A DNA stretch of 64,000 bases. Origin: Stegostoma tigrinum (lineage: Eukaryota). The translations under genes and the position numbers were made by a program. Positions within the stretch are counted from its first letter, which is position 1. Each line of letters begins with the position of its first letter. The notes under the pieces are model-generated. The model had not been told where the DNA came from. It saw nothing but the letters and a program-made list of their open reading frames with translations, and did not search any database. Positions 63,781 through 64,000 of this stretch are shown piece after piece. The stretch spans positions 42,530,381 to 42,594,380 of the forward strand of contig NC_081379.1 in NCBI RefSeq assembly GCF_030684315.1. Reading direction: 5' to 3'.

Positions 63781-64000
63781 CAGAGATAATGGGAACTGCA
63801 GATGCTGGAGAATTCCAAGACAATAAAATGTGAGGCTGGATGAACACAGCAGGCCCAGCAGCATCTCAGGAGCACAAAAGCTGACGTTTCGGGCCTAGAC
63901 CCTTCATCAGAGAGGGGGATGGGGTCAGGGTTCTGGAATAAATAGGGAGAGAGGGGGAGGCGGACCGAAGATGGAGAGAAAAGAAGATAGGTGGAGAGGA
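63781..64000 (-). mobile_element. Penelope 3' end (continues past the window) with an intact hammerhead core at 63883-63910
   Basis: Nearly identical to 34623-34830. Minus strand reads CUGAUGAAGGGUCUAGGCCCGAAACGUC. Confidence 0.88.

Noticed and set aside
57000-64000. SEPT5 exons expected upstream of GP1BB
   Set aside because: No septin-like peptide recognised in this interval.

Overview
Eukaryotic, repeat-rich vertebrate DNA, almost certainly from a cartilaginous fish (shark-type lambda/type II Ig light-chain genes, HE1/V-SINE, CR1 and Penelope-like repeats). Host genes: (i) a tandem array of three germline-joined VJ lambda (type II) light-chain units on the + strand, one apparently intact (leader 23308-23356, VJ 23505-23846, C 25864-26186) and two pseudogenes (about 35850-36470 with no C exon seen; about 41450-43528); (ii) a GP1BB-like single-LRR platelet glycoprotein gene on the - strand (56356-56940). 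Bases 1-12145 hold a rearranged, chimeric endogenous retrovirus: gag interrupted by a Penelope element, an inverted RT fragment, RNase H-integrase, env and a 3' LTR, plus a diverged inverted copy of part of it. A solo LTR of the same family lies at 15910-16660. A near-intact full-length CR1 LINE sits immediately upstream of the intact Ig gene. Its ORF1/ORF2 junction carries an in-phase U UUA AAC -1 frameshift heptamer. Many Penelope-derived inserts are fold-back structures with 10-14 bp target-site duplications and carry minimal hammerhead-ribozyme cores of three sequence types. All calls come from reading the sequence by eye; no searches were run.
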